DNA of 64,000 bases from Desulfuromonadales bacterium (GTDB lineage Bacteria > Desulfobacterota > Desulfuromonadia > Desulfuromonadales > UBA2197), in contig JACUTW010000003.1 of assembly GCA_014859605.1 (NCBI GenBank), positions 11,868-75,867 of the forward strand. Direction: 5' to 3'. The notes beneath the pieces were generated by a model. It had not been told where the DNA came from and searched no databases. It saw nothing but the letters and a program-made list of their open reading frames with translations. Below, piece after piece: positions 20,936 to 30,517 of the stretch. Made by a program: the position numbers and the translations under genes. Position 1 is the first letter of the stretch. Every line of letters begins with the position of its first letter.

Positions 20936-21910
20936 ATGGGCGAACAGATCTTGCTCGAACGTTTTTTGTGGTTCGATCAGCAGTTACGGCAGCGGCTTTA
21001 TCCGAATGCGGGTCATTTGGCCGAGCGTTTCGAATTTTCGGCCAAGACAGCGCAGCGATCGATCGAATACTTTCGCGACCGGCTGCGGGCGCCGCTCGAA
21101 TACGATGCTCTGCACCGTGGCTATTTCTATCGTGCGGATTTTGAACTGCCGGCCGCACGGATTTCCGCAGGGGAACTCGCGGCGTTGCTGATCTCGCGCC
21201 GTCTCCTTTGTGATGCTTCCGCCGGGAATCTCGAAGGGGAGCTTGCCAGCGTTGTCAACAAGCTCGGCGGTATCATTTCCAGTCATCTCCCCGGCACCCT
21301 GGCGCCGGACGAGGCCTTTTCTTTTCGCTGGAACCAGTTTGTCCCGACCAAAAATGACGACTTCCAGCGGGTCTGTCAGGCGCTGCTCGGTGCCCGCCTC
21401 CTCACCTTTGACTATCAGTCTCCCGCCCGCACCGGCATCGTGCGGCGGAGCGTTGAACCCCATCATTTGGTCAATTATCTCGGTACCTGGCATCTCATCG
21501 CTTATTGCCGGCTGCGCCACGACTGGCGGGATTTTGTCCTGCCGCGCATGGCGGCGCTGGTGGTCGAGAGGGATGAATTTAACTATCGCCCCCGCGCCGA
21601 CTGGAAGCCGCTTCTGACTGACACCTTTGGGATCTTTCAGAATCGCCACAGCTTTACGGTGGCGTTGCGCTTTACGCCGGAGCGGAGTCGATTGGTTCAC
21701 GGGCAGGTCTGGCATCCCGATCAGCAGGTCGCTTATGACGAGGCCGGCGCCCTTATCCTTACTCTGCCGGCCAGCCATCCGGCTGAGATCCTGATGAGTA
21801 TTCTCAGTCACGGCGCTGAGGTCGAAGTCTTGGCGCCGGACTGGCTGCGGTCACAGGTGGCAGGGGAGATCAAACGGATGGGGCAACGCTATGCGGTGCG
21901 GGGGAAGTGA
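20936..21910 (+). CDS. WYL-domain transcriptional regulator (HTH-WYL-WCX)
   Basis: N-terminal HTH (AGHLAERFEFSAKTAQRSIEYF); WYL region EPHHLVNYLGTWHLIAYCRLRHDWRDFVLPRM; C-terminus VEVLAPDWLR. Start at MGEQ; the ORF extension over the tRNA was discarded. Confidence 0.8.
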   Translation: MGEQILLERFLWFDQQLRQRLYPNAGHLAERFEFSAKTAQRSIEYFRDRLRAPLEYDALHRGYFYRADFELPAARISAGELAALLISRRLLCDASAGNLEGELASVVNKLGGIISSHLPGTLAPDEAFSFRWNQFVPTKNDDFQRVCQALLGARLLTFDYQSPARTGIVRRSVEPHHLVNYLGTWHLIAYCRLRHDWRDFVLPRMAALVVERDEFNYRPRADWKPLLTDTFGIFQNRHSFTVALRFTPERSRLVHGQVWHPDQQVAYDEAGALILTLPASHPAEILMSILSHGAEVEVLAPDWLRSQVAGEIKRMGQRYAVRGK

Positions 21911-21911
21911 A

Positions 21912-23303
21912 TCAGCCGACGTTGTCGTATTCGCGTTCGCGCAGGGGGACGCCGAGTTCAGCGGCGACCTGGCGGCAGGCGGCAAGATCGAGATCGGGGA
22001 AGGTGACGACGCTGGCGACGACGGTCGGAATAATGTCGCGTGCAGCGCGAATGAAGGCTTTGACCCCTTCGTAGCCGGCTTCGCCGAAACTGGAGTGACA
22101 GAGACGTTGGTAGGTGGCGGGATCGGCAGCATTGAGGGAGATGGAGAGGGTGTCAACCAGGCCGACCAATTCGGGGACGATATTGCGGCCGTGGACGAGA
22201 TTGGCTTGGCCGTCGCTGTTGACCCGTACCTGCACGCCGCGCGTTTTCAGCCAGGCGGCAATCTCCTTGACCAGATCGAGACGGAGCAGCGGTTCGCCGT
22301 AGCCGCAGAAGACGACCTCGTCGTAGCGGGTCGGATTGCCGATAGCGCGGCGCACTTCGGCCGCATCCGGTTCGTGGCTAAGGAGGAGGTGATGCCCCTT
22401 GACCATGCCGCCGGAGAATTTCGGGCAGAAGGTGCAGGTATTGGTGCAGCGGTTGGTGATGTTGAGATAAAGACTGTTGCGGATAGTGTAGGCGATCTTC
22501 GCCCCTGCCGGCGTACCGATCCGGAAGAGATCGTAGCTGTTGCGTCGCACCAGACGGGCAATATCTGCAGCGCTGATGCCGCGCAGTTCGGCAATCGCAT
22601 CAGCGGTGTAGCGGACAAAGGCCGGTTCGTTGCGTTTCCCCCGTTGCGGCACTGGGCTCAAATAAGGGCAGTCGGTTTCGATGAGGAGGCGGTCATCGGG
22701 GACGATCTTGACGATTTCGCGGGCAGCGCTATTGGCGGGGTAGGTGATGGTGCCGGGGAAGGAGAGATAAAAACCCATCTCCAGACAGCGCTTGGCCATG
22801 GCGAGATCGCCGCTGAAGCAGTGAAGGACGCCGCCAACTTCCCGGGCCGCTTCTTCTCTGAGAATGGTTTCGACTTCGGCATGGGCGTCGCGGTCATGGA
22901 TGATCAGAGGCAGGCTGACTTCGCGGGCAAGCCGGATCTGGCGGCGAAAGGTTTCCCGCTGCACGTCGCGGGGGGCGCGGTCGCGGTAGAAATCGAGACC
23001 GATCTCGCCGATCGCCACGACCTTGGGGTTCGATTTCGCCAGATGGCGCAAGGTGGTGATCCCGTCGTCGCTCCCCTCCAGGGCATCGTGGGGATGAATG
23101 CCGACGCTGGCGTAGATCTCCGGATATTCCTTCGCCAGCGCTATCGAGGCCTGCGAAGAAGCCAGGTCACAGCCGACCGTGAGGATCTGGCTGATGCCGC
23201 CCTGACGGGCACGCTCGATGACCGTGACCCGATCGCTATCGTACTGGCTGTTGTCGAGATGGGCGTGCGTGTCGACCAGATCCGGAAGCAAGGGCGATTC
23301 CAT
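21912..23303 (-). CDS. TatD-family hydrolase fused to a C-terminal radical SAM domain
   Basis: TatD motifs: LVDTHAHL, IGEIGLD, IIHDRDA, LHCFSG, ETDCPY. After about residue 270: NITNRCTNTCTFCPK (CxxxCxxC) and FCGYGEPLL. Confidence 0.85.
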   Translation of the reverse strand: MESPLLPDLVDTHAHLDNSQYDSDRVTVIERARQGGISQILTVGCDLASSQASIALAKEYPEIYASVGIHPHDALEGSDDGITTLRHLAKSNPKVVAIGEIGLDFYRDRAPRDVQRETFRRQIRLAREVSLPLIIHDRDAHAEVETILREEAAREVGGVLHCFSGDLAMAKRCLEMGFYLSFPGTITYPANSAAREIVKIVPDDRLLIETDCPYLSPVPQRGKRNEPAFVRYTADAIAELRGISAADIARLVRRNSYDLFRIGTPAGAKIAYTIRNSLYLNITNRCTNTCTFCPKFSGGMVKGHHLLLSHEPDAAEVRRAIGNPTRYDEVVFCGYGEPLLRLDLVKEIAAWLKTRGVQVRVNSDGQANLVHGRNIVPELVGLVDTLSISLNAADPATYQRLCHSSFGEAGYEGVKAFIRAARDIIPTVVASVVTFPDLDLAACRQVAAELGVPLREREYDNVG

Positions 23304-23310
23304 GTCAGAT

Positions 23311-24837
23311 TTATTCAATCTCAAGGCGGGGAAAGAGCGGGGCCGCCTTTTCAATGGGCGTCCCCGGCTGCAGACCACCCCACTGGTCGTTGGCTTCCAG
23401 GGTGCTGGCCGGATCACAACCGACGATGGTCAAGATTTTCGCTCCGGTCGTCGGCATAAAGGGGCTGACCAAAAGAGCAATGACCCGGATCGCTTCGATC
23501 AGGTTGTAGATAACGGTGGCGAGGCGTTCCTGTTGCGCCGGATCCTTGGCAAGGGCCCAAGGGGCGCAGTCGTCAATGTATTTGTTTGAAGCGCTGACCA
23601 GTTCCCAGATCGTCTGCAGGGCTTTGCTGAAGGCGAGGTCGTCCATCTGCTCGTCAAGATTGCTGACGGCGGCCGGGAAGCGCGCGACATAAGTTTGATC
23701 GGCTTCGGTGAGGGCGCCCGGCGCGGGGAGGGCGGCGCCGAAATATTTGTGAAGCATGGCGGTGGAGCGGCTGACGAGATTGCCGAGATCGTTGGCGAGG
23801 TCGGAGTTAATGCGGTGCATCAGCGCTGACTGGGAAAAATCGCCATCGAGGCCAAAGGGGACTTCGCGCAGGAGGAAATAGCGGATAGCATCGACACCGA
23901 ACTTGTCGACGAGCATATTCGGCTCGACGACGTTGAGCAGGCTCTTACTCATCTTCTGCCCTTCGACCGTCCACCAGCCGTGCGCAAAGACCTTCTTCGG
24001 CAACGGCAGGCCGGCGGCGAGGAGGAAGGTTGGCCAGTAAACGCTGTGAAAGCGCAGAATATCCTTGCCGATGACATGGACGTCGACCGGCCAGAATTTG
24101 CCAAAGTTCCCTTCTTGGTCCGGGTAGCCGAGGGCGGTGATGTAGTTGCTGAGGGCGTCGAACCAGACGTAGATAACGTGGGCGTCATCCTTGGGGACAG
24201 GGATCCCCCAGGAGAAGGTGGTGCGGGAGATGGAGAGATCGCGCAGCCCTTCCTTGACGAAGTTGACGATTTCGTTGCGCCGCGAGCGGGGCTGAATAAA
24301 GTCGGGGTTGGCTTCGATATGGTCGAGGAGCGCCTGCTGGTACTTGCTCATCCGGAAGAAGTAGGACGGCTCCGAGAGCTTCTGGGTCGGGCGGCCGCAA
24401 TCCGGGCAGTTACCGTCCAAAAGCTGGGTTTCGGTCCAGAACGATTCGCAGGGGGTGCAATACCAGTCGACATACTCGCCGAGGTAGATATCGTTTTTCG
24501 CCTGAATCGTTTCAAAGAGGGCGCATACCCCTTTTTTGTGGCGTTCCTGCGAGGTGCGGATAAAGTCGGTGTGGCTGATGTCGAGTTTGTCCCACAGAGC
24601 GGCAAAGCGCATCATCACCCGATCCGCCAGTTCCAGCGGGGTCTCGCCTTTGGCTTCGGCCGCCTTCTCCACCTTCTGCCCGTGTTCGTCGGTGCCGGTC
24701 AGGAAGAAGACCTCGTAGCCGCGTGAGCGCTTGTAGCGGGCGAGGGCGTCGCAGGCAAGGGTGGTGTAGGCATGGCCGATATGCGGAACGTCGTTGACAT
24801 AATAGATGGGGGTCGTGACGTAAAAGCGTTTAGCCAT
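23311..24837 (-). CDS. metG: Methionyl-tRNA synthetase (short form)
   Basis: PIYYVNDVPHIGHAYT (HIGH), KMSKS, and the Zn knuckle CPDCG. Confidence 0.95.
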   Translation of the reverse strand: MAKRFYVTTPIYYVNDVPHIGHAYTTLACDALARYKRSRGYEVFFLTGTDEHGQKVEKAAEAKGETPLELADRVMMRFAALWDKLDISHTDFIRTSQERHKKGVCALFETIQAKNDIYLGEYVDWYCTPCESFWTETQLLDGNCPDCGRPTQKLSEPSYFFRMSKYQQALLDHIEANPDFIQPRSRRNEIVNFVKEGLRDLSISRTTFSWGIPVPKDDAHVIYVWFDALSNYITALGYPDQEGNFGKFWPVDVHVIGKDILRFHSVYWPTFLLAAGLPLPKKVFAHGWWTVEGQKMSKSLLNVVEPNMLVDKFGVDAIRYFLLREVPFGLDGDFSQSALMHRINSDLANDLGNLVSRSTAMLHKYFGAALPAPGALTEADQTYVARFPAAVSNLDEQMDDLAFSKALQTIWELVSASNKYIDDCAPWALAKDPAQQERLATVIYNLIEAIRVIALLVSPFMPTTGAKILTIVGCDPASTLEANDQWGGLQPGTPIEKAAPLFPRLEIE

Positions 24838-24839
24838 GG

Positions 24840-26168
24840 CTATTCTCCTGATTCGCTGGTAGTGGGGGCGCCGGGTTTGCGATTCGAACGCCGGCGATTG
24901 CGTTGGCGCCGCCGACGTGCTTCCGGCTCTCCTGGTGCTGTCGTCCCCTCGGCGGGCTCGGTGACCCGTTTGATCTGATGTTGCGGCGGCTTGGCCGGCA
25001 CCTTCACGTCCGCCAGCACGGGCGGGGCTGGTCGGTTTTGCCGGGAGTTGGGCTGTTGCCGACCCGGTCCTTGCGGCCGGGCTGTCGGTTGAGGAGGCGG
25101 CGTCTTGGTCTCGGGCGGATTGGCGGGGGGAGTCCCGGGACGCGGGCGTTGCTGCCGGCTGTCACGATTCTGTCGCTCCGGTCGTTCCGGCCGTCCTGTC
25201 GCGCCCTGACCGGACGAACGTTCCGGCCGTTCCGGCGGCGGGCTGCCGGCTGCTGCCAGTTTTTGCGGCATGATCCCTTTTTCGACCTCTTCGGTCGTCA
25301 TTTCGATCCGCTGTTGCGGTCCGAAGTTGACGGTGACGGTTTGGCGGAGAATATGCTGGCTGATGACTTCCCCTTCGCGCCCTTCGACCGTCACCTTGCG
25401 GCCGCATTTCGGCAGCCCTTTTTTCATGTCGCAATAAGTTTCATACTCAAAAGCCAGGCAGCAAAGGAGCCGGCCGCACTGTCCGGAGATCTTGTTCGGA
25501 TTCAGAGCGAGTTCCTGCTCCTTCGCCATCTTGACCGAGACCGGCGCGAACTCGGTCAGGTAGGAGGAGCAGCAGAGTTCGCGGCCGCAGATGCCAATGC
25601 CGCCGATCAGTTTGGCTTCGTCGCGTACCCCGATCTGGCGCATTTCAATGCGGGTATGAAAATAATGCGCAAGGTCTTTGACCAGTTCGCGAAAGTCAAT
25701 GCGACCGTCGGCGGTGAAGTAGAAGATAATCTTCGAGCCGTCAAAGAGGTATTCCGCCCGCACCAGCTTCATCGCCATCTTCCGTTCAGCGATGCGTTCC
25801 CGGCAAAAACGGAGGGAAAACTCCTCCTTGGCGTTGAAGTTGGCACCCATCGCCAGATCGTCAGCGTTGGCCAGACGCATCACCCCCTTTAATCCTTCAG
25901 GAAGATCCTTGTCGGCCACATTGCGCGGAAAGGTCACGACCGTGCCGAGGGCGCGACCGCGATCGGTCTCGACGACGACACGGTCCCCTTTGGTCAGAGG
26001 AATCTTGCCGGCGGCAAAGTCGTAGTGCCGCCCGGCGGGACGGAATTTGATTTTAACCAGGCGCGTCGTAGCCAGGGTCGGTTCTTGCTCCTCCTCCAAG
26101 AAGGGCGCGGAGGCAGCAGGGGGAGGGCTATTTATTTCGTTTTCTATATTCTCTTCAAGATCAGGCAT
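24840..26168 (-). CDS. PSP1/YaaT (RicT)-like protein with long Pro/Arg-rich C-terminal extension
   Basis: PSP1 core has Cys-rich segments GICGRELCCSSYL and GQCGRLLCCLAFE. About 155 aa of low-complexity tail (PERPER repeats, RRRRQRNRRRSNRK). Confidence 0.8.
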   Translation of the reverse strand: MPDLEENIENEINSPPPAASAPFLEEEQEPTLATTRLVKIKFRPAGRHYDFAAGKIPLTKGDRVVVETDRGRALGTVVTFPRNVADKDLPEGLKGVMRLANADDLAMGANFNAKEEFSLRFCRERIAERKMAMKLVRAEYLFDGSKIIFYFTADGRIDFRELVKDLAHYFHTRIEMRQIGVRDEAKLIGGIGICGRELCCSSYLTEFAPVSVKMAKEQELALNPNKISGQCGRLLCCLAFEYETYCDMKKGLPKCGRKVTVEGREGEVISQHILRQTVTVNFGPQQRIEMTTEEVEKGIMPQKLAAAGSPPPERPERSSGQGATGRPERPERQNRDSRQQRPRPGTPPANPPETKTPPPQPTARPQGPGRQQPNSRQNRPAPPVLADVKVPAKPPQHQIKRVTEPAEGTTAPGEPEARRRRQRNRRRSNRKPGAPTTSESGE

Positions 26169-26221
26169 GTTGAGTCATTATCCGGGAATCGAGTTCACCA
26201 CCGCAAAAGATGACGATCTTT

Positions 26222-27205
26222 TTAGTGTTGGCTCTGGGTTGCAGTCAAGCGCATCAACAGAACCTCAAAGATGAGTTGTCCGTTGACGTTGCGCTCCAGA
26301 TAAAAATAGGCGGCATTGATCGCCTCGATCTTGCGCAGGAGCGTTTGCGGGCTCTCCTGGGCGGCGATGCGCCGCACCTTTTCGATAAGATCGCGATTGA
26401 CCAGATCGTCTTCTGGCCAACCGTGCTGGCAAAGGAGGAGATCCCGATAAAAAGCGCGGAGGATGTCGAGAATTTCATTCAGCCGCTCCTTCTCTTCGGC
26501 CAGCTCGGCGGCGAGTTCGAAGAGGGGGATATAGCTGCCGTGGCTGAGGGCGGTCACGGCTTTGAGAATCGTTTTGCGCCGCTCCAGATAAAGGTCGCGA
26601 TCCCGGCCCAGGGCTTTATGGAAGGAGCCGTCGGAAAGGGTGGCGAGGATGTGGGCGTGCGCTTCGTTCCCGGCATCAGCTTCAGCCAGGGCCCGCCGGA
26701 TTGTTGCCGTCGGCAGGTGGGAAAAGGGGAGGCGCTGACAGCGGGAGCGGATGGTCGGCAGCACCGCATCCGGCCGCGCGGTTAAAAGGATCAGGAGGGC
26801 GTGACCGGACGGTTCCTCCAGCGTCTTTAAGAGGGCATTCCCCGAGGAAGCGTTCATCTTTTCGGCAGCTTCGATAACGCAAATCTTGCGCTCTCCCTCC
26901 AGGGGCCGGAAGGACAGTTCCTTTTGCAGCGCCCGGATCTGCTCGATCTTGATGGTGTTGCCGTCGGCTTCGACGATATGCAGATCGGGATGGTTCTGGT
27001 GGTCGACCTTGCGACAGGCCGGACATTCGCCGCAACCATTTTTTGTGACACAAAAGAGCGAGCGCGCCAAGGCCAGGGCCATCAAGCGTTTGCCGACCCC
27101 TTCCGGGCCTTCAAAGAGATAGGCGTGCGCCAGGCGTCCCGAACTTTGCGCCCGTTTCAGGATCGCTTTTTGCCGTTCGTGGCCAAGGATGCCGGCGTAG
27201 GTCAT
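26222..27205 (-). CDS. holB: DNA polymerase III delta-prime subunit
   Basis: RLAHAYLFEGPEGVGK ... CGECPACRK ... TLEEP. Confidence 0.9.
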   Translation of the reverse strand: MTYAGILGHERQKAILKRAQSSGRLAHAYLFEGPEGVGKRLMALALARSLFCVTKNGCGECPACRKVDHQNHPDLHIVEADGNTIKIEQIRALQKELSFRPLEGERKICVIEAAEKMNASSGNALLKTLEEPSGHALLILLTARPDAVLPTIRSRCQRLPFSHLPTATIRRALAEADAGNEAHAHILATLSDGSFHKALGRDRDLYLERRKTILKAVTALSHGSYIPLFELAAELAEEKERLNEILDILRAFYRDLLLCQHGWPEDDLVNRDLIEKVRRIAAQESPQTLLRKIEAINAAYFYLERNVNGQLIFEVLLMRLTATQSQH

Positions 27206-27837
27206 GACGCGCCGAGAAAGGCGTCAACACGGCGAGTCATCCGTTCGCTGACCTGTTCCGGGGTTCCCGTTGCATCGATGATGCTAAAGCGTGCTGACTG
27301 GCTTGCCCCCTGCAAATAACCGTCGCGCACGCGCTGATGAAATGCCAAAGATTCAGCTTCAAAGCGTCCCTCGTTCTCCAGTGCAACGGCATTGCGGGCC
27401 AGGGCCCGACCCAGGCCGGTTTCAACCGGGAGATCGAAGAGCAGGGTGAGATCGGGAAGGAGTCCCGAGCTCGCCACTTGATTGAGCTGATCGATCAAGG
27501 CGAGATCAAGGCCGCGGCCGAAGCCTTGATAAGCGATGGTGGCGTCGATATAACGATCACAAAGGACGATGGCGCCTTTGGCCAGGGCCGGACGGATGAC
27601 TTCTTCGACATGCTGGGCGCGGGCAGCGGCATAAAGCAGGAGCTCGGCCGTCGGGCAGAGTTGCTGATTGGCCGGGTCAAGGAGGATGCGGCGGATGTCA
27701 TCGGCAATCGGACAGCCGCCCGGTTCACGGGTGACGATAACTTCGCGGCCTTGATTGCGCAGATGAGTAGCGAGGTTGAGGATCTGCGTCGACTTGCCGC
27801 TTCCTTCGATCCCTTCGCATGTGATCAGTTTCGCCAT
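27202..27837 (-). CDS. tmk: Thymidylate kinase
   Basis: ITCEGIEGSGKSTQ ... TREPGG ... DRY. Alternative ATG at 27846. Its stop overlaps the holB start. Confidence 0.9.
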   Translation of the reverse strand: MAKLITCEGIEGSGKSTQILNLATHLRNQGREVIVTREPGGCPIADDIRRILLDPANQQLCPTAELLLYAAARAQHVEEVIRPALAKGAIVLCDRYIDATIAYQGFGRGLDLALIDQLNQVASSGLLPDLTLLFDLPVETGLGRALARNAVALENEGRFEAESLAFHQRVRDGYLQGASQSARFSIIDATGTPEQVSERMTRRVDAFLGAS

Positions 27838-28064
27838 GAATTCCATCCGTATCCCGTAACTCGTCGCATTATAGGGAGCAAGTGCGGTTGAATCAAGGAA
27901 AAGATCAAGAAACAAGGGAGGATGGGGCTTGCCGGCGCGGGAAGGCGGAAACTTTTTTATCACCTGGCTGGTATTTTATGCTAAAAAACGGACAATCATA
28001 AGCCGGTCCAAACGCCATCCGGCGTCGGGACTTCGTTGTAAATCAATAAAAATAGGAGCTTGAA

Positions 28065-28715
28065 ATGATGGAAAAGATTTCAGTAGCGATTTGTTGTCTG
28101 GTGCTGTTGACGGCTTGCGCCGAACCGTTGAGCAAGACGCAGAAGGGGGCCTTGATCGGCACCGCAGGGGGTGCCGCTGCCGGAGCGTTGATTGGCCAGG
28201 CGACCGGTAAGGATACCAAGGCGACACTTCTTGGCGCCGGGATTGGAGCGACCGCCGGCGGTGCGACCGGAGCAGGAATCGGTTATTACATGGACAAGCA
28301 GGAAGCCAGGATGCGTGAAGCATTGAAGTCGGTCGAAGGGGTGAATGTTGTCCGTGACGGGAATAATCTTCATGTGTCGTTCCGTTCCGACAACCAGTTC
28401 AAGGTCGGTTCAGCGGTGCTGCAAGGGGCGGCACAAAGCGATTTGAATCGTTTTGCGGATGTGCTCAAAGAGTTTGATAAGACCAATGTTACGGTCATCG
28501 GCCATACTGATAGCGTCGGTTCGGAAAGTTCAAATCAGACGCTCTCCGAGCAGCGGGCGGGGGCGGTGCGTAATCTGGTGGTGGCACGCGGGGTTGCGGG
28601 CAATCGGGTGACAACTCTGGGGCTGGGTGAAGGGAAACCGGTGGCTGACAACAATACCGAGTATGGTCGTCAGTTGAATCGGCGCATTGAAATTCTGGTT
28701 ATCCCCAAAGGCTAA
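28065..28715 (+). CDS. OmpA-family lipoprotein with glycine-zipper region
   Basis: Lipobox LLTAC; Gly-zipper GTAGGAAAGALIG; OmpA C-like TDSVGSESSNQTLSEQRA ... NRRIEI. Confidence 0.85.
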   Translation: MMEKISVAICCLVLLTACAEPLSKTQKGALIGTAGGAAAGALIGQATGKDTKATLLGAGIGATAGGATGAGIGYYMDKQEARMREALKSVEGVNVVRDGNNLHVSFRSDNQFKVGSAVLQGAAQSDLNRFADVLKEFDKTNVTVIGHTDSVGSESSNQTLSEQRAGAVRNLVVARGVAGNRVTTLGLGEGKPVADNNTEYGRQLNRRIEILVIPKG

Positions 28716-29890
28716 TGTGACTGAGCCAGCTTCTCGTCTCTTTTTTCGGAAAGAGACGAGAGGGCGCTCTGGATATCCTCTTCGCTGATCTTGGCGTATT
28801 CGGGAGCTGTTTTATTCAGATAACGTTCGAGATTATTCAAGTGGGCATGATTAATCGGCATTTTCTCCAGGTAACTGGAGCTGAGATATTGCCAGGTCGC
28901 AACCCGTCGATTGATGAGGTCGGCAATGAAGATGCGATCGTTCATATCAATATACAAAGAGGTCGGTTTCGCCAGACCCATGGGGGCAAAGCTTTTAGTG
29001 CCGCTTCCGGTCGCGAGTAAAACTTTCCCTTCAATAGAATATGACAGCAAAGCGATCAGCCCCTGATCGATGATGTGGAGGTTTCCGGCGCTGTCCAAAG
29101 CCAGGTCGGTTGGTTCGATAAAATTGTTCACTCTGGTTCCCCGATTGCCAAACTCTCCCAGATAAAGACCGTCCTGGTCAAAGATCTGGATGCGGGCATT
29201 GCCGCTGTCAGCGACGAATAACCGTCCTTTGCGATCGAAGATCAGTCCCTGGGGACGGAGGAATTCACCGCGGTCACTCCCTTCTCCCCCGAAGGAGAAG
29301 AGTCGGTCCCCGGATAAATCGTAGACGATGATGCGGTTTAGGCTGTTGTCGCTCACATAAAGACGATTGAGGTTTTGGTTGATGGCCAGATGGGCCGGTT
29401 GTTGCAAGCTCTCGGAACTACCGATGGACCGGATCAAGGTAGCGGCGGCAGAAAAAACCAGAACTTTGCGGGCGCCGGCATCAGCAATGTAAAAGTTCCC
29501 TTCCTGGTCAGCCGTCATATCGAGGGGTTTGACAAGGACTCCCTCGTTAAACATCAATTTGGTCGAGCGCGCCACCAAGTCAAAAATGATGATATTGCGG
29601 CGCCCCTCATCCGCAATATAGATCCGCTTGCTGTCGGCAAAGACGCCGCGGGGTTGAATCAGGAGCGGCTCCTCCCCAGCTTTGCCGATCAAGGATTCAA
29701 TGAGGCGGCTAAAGCGATGGTGAGGTAAATCCCCGGCCGTTTTGTAGCTGCCGATAAATTCGAGCCGGGGCCGGTCCGGAGGGAGGGGCCAAAGCATCCG
29801 CACCTCCGATTCCCTGCTCTGAACGCACCCTGCCAATAAACTGATGACGACAAGCACGCAAATTTTGCAATAAAGTGATTGGCAGGTCAT
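28712..29890 (-). CDS. NHL-repeat (six-bladed beta-propeller) lipoprotein
   Basis: Lipobox SLLAGC. Repeated units P.G...D..G..YV.D..N.RI..F. Confidence 0.75.
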   Translation of the reverse strand: MTCQSLYCKICVLVVISLLAGCVQSRESEVRMLWPLPPDRPRLEFIGSYKTAGDLPHHRFSRLIESLIGKAGEEPLLIQPRGVFADSKRIYIADEGRRNIIIFDLVARSTKLMFNEGVLVKPLDMTADQEGNFYIADAGARKVLVFSAAATLIRSIGSSESLQQPAHLAINQNLNRLYVSDNSLNRIIVYDLSGDRLFSFGGEGSDRGEFLRPQGLIFDRKGRLFVADSGNARIQIFDQDGLYLGEFGNRGTRVNNFIEPTDLALDSAGNLHIIDQGLIALLSYSIEGKVLLATGSGTKSFAPMGLAKPTSLYIDMNDRIFIADLINRRVATWQYLSSSYLEKMPINHAHLNNLERYLNKTAPEYAKISEEDIQSALSSLSEKRDEKLAQSH

Positions 29891-29929
29891 AGCGGCCTCC
29901 TCTGGCGGGACGGCTGATGTGCGCTGTTC

Positions 29930-30517
29930 TTATTTGATGTGGCATCTCAGGCACAGGGCCGAATCGACACTGCTAACGCGTAGCAGTCCTTGTAGTTGGT
30001 TACCTTCACTCTCGACCGGATGGACTTTGTGGCAGGTGACACAGCGAATCAGGCAACCTTCCCCACCGGTAGATTCGCTTGTGACGCAGACCAATTTGGG
30101 CCCCTCCGGATTGGCAATGAGCCCCTTCGTGTCTTTACTAGGCTCATAAACGATTTCAACGGGGTGATTGATTTTTTCGATAAAGCGTGTTTCGTGACAG
30201 TCGATGCATAAATCGGCCAGACCGTTGTCTGCGGTGTTGGCGAGTAAGACATAAACATCGGCGAGAACCGTTTCACGACTATTCCACTCGGTCGGCCCGG
30301 AGAGGTCGGGATCGTCTTGCGGGGCGGGGTGGCAACTCAGGCAGATAGCCGTACAACACTCCTCGGCTTCCTTGCTGGTCAATTCGTGCGTCAAGCAGTA
30401 TTGGGCGGAGGAGTGTGGGCTGTTTAAGTCACACGTTTCAATACCTTCCTCGGCATCCACCGTCAGGCCCACAAGTCCCACCATCAATAATACGCCCCAC
30501 AGAATGAACCGGTTCAT
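29930..30517 (-). CDS. Tetraheme c-type cytochrome, secreted
   Basis: Signal peptide MNRFILWGVLLMVGLVGL. Four CxxCH motifs: CLSCH, CIDCH, CVTCH, CLRCH. GGAGG lies 7 nt upstream of ATG 30517. Confidence 0.8.
   Translation of the reverse strand: MNRFILWGVLLMVGLVGLTVDAEEGIETCDLNSPHSSAQYCLTHELTSKEAEECCTAICLSCHPAPQDDPDLSGPTEWNSRETVLADVYVLLANTADNGLADLCIDCHETRFIEKINHPVEIVYEPSKDTKGLIANPEGPKLVCVTSESTGGEGCLIRCVTCHKVHPVESEGNQLQGLLRVSSVDSALCLRCHIK

Noticed and set aside
28712-28715. Convergent genes with overlapping or abutting stops (OmpA-lipoprotein/NHL at 28712-28715; WYL/TatD-rSAM at 21910-21912).
   Set aside because: This is real in the sequence but common in compact bacterial genomes. It is noted inside the relevant findings rather than as a separate signal.
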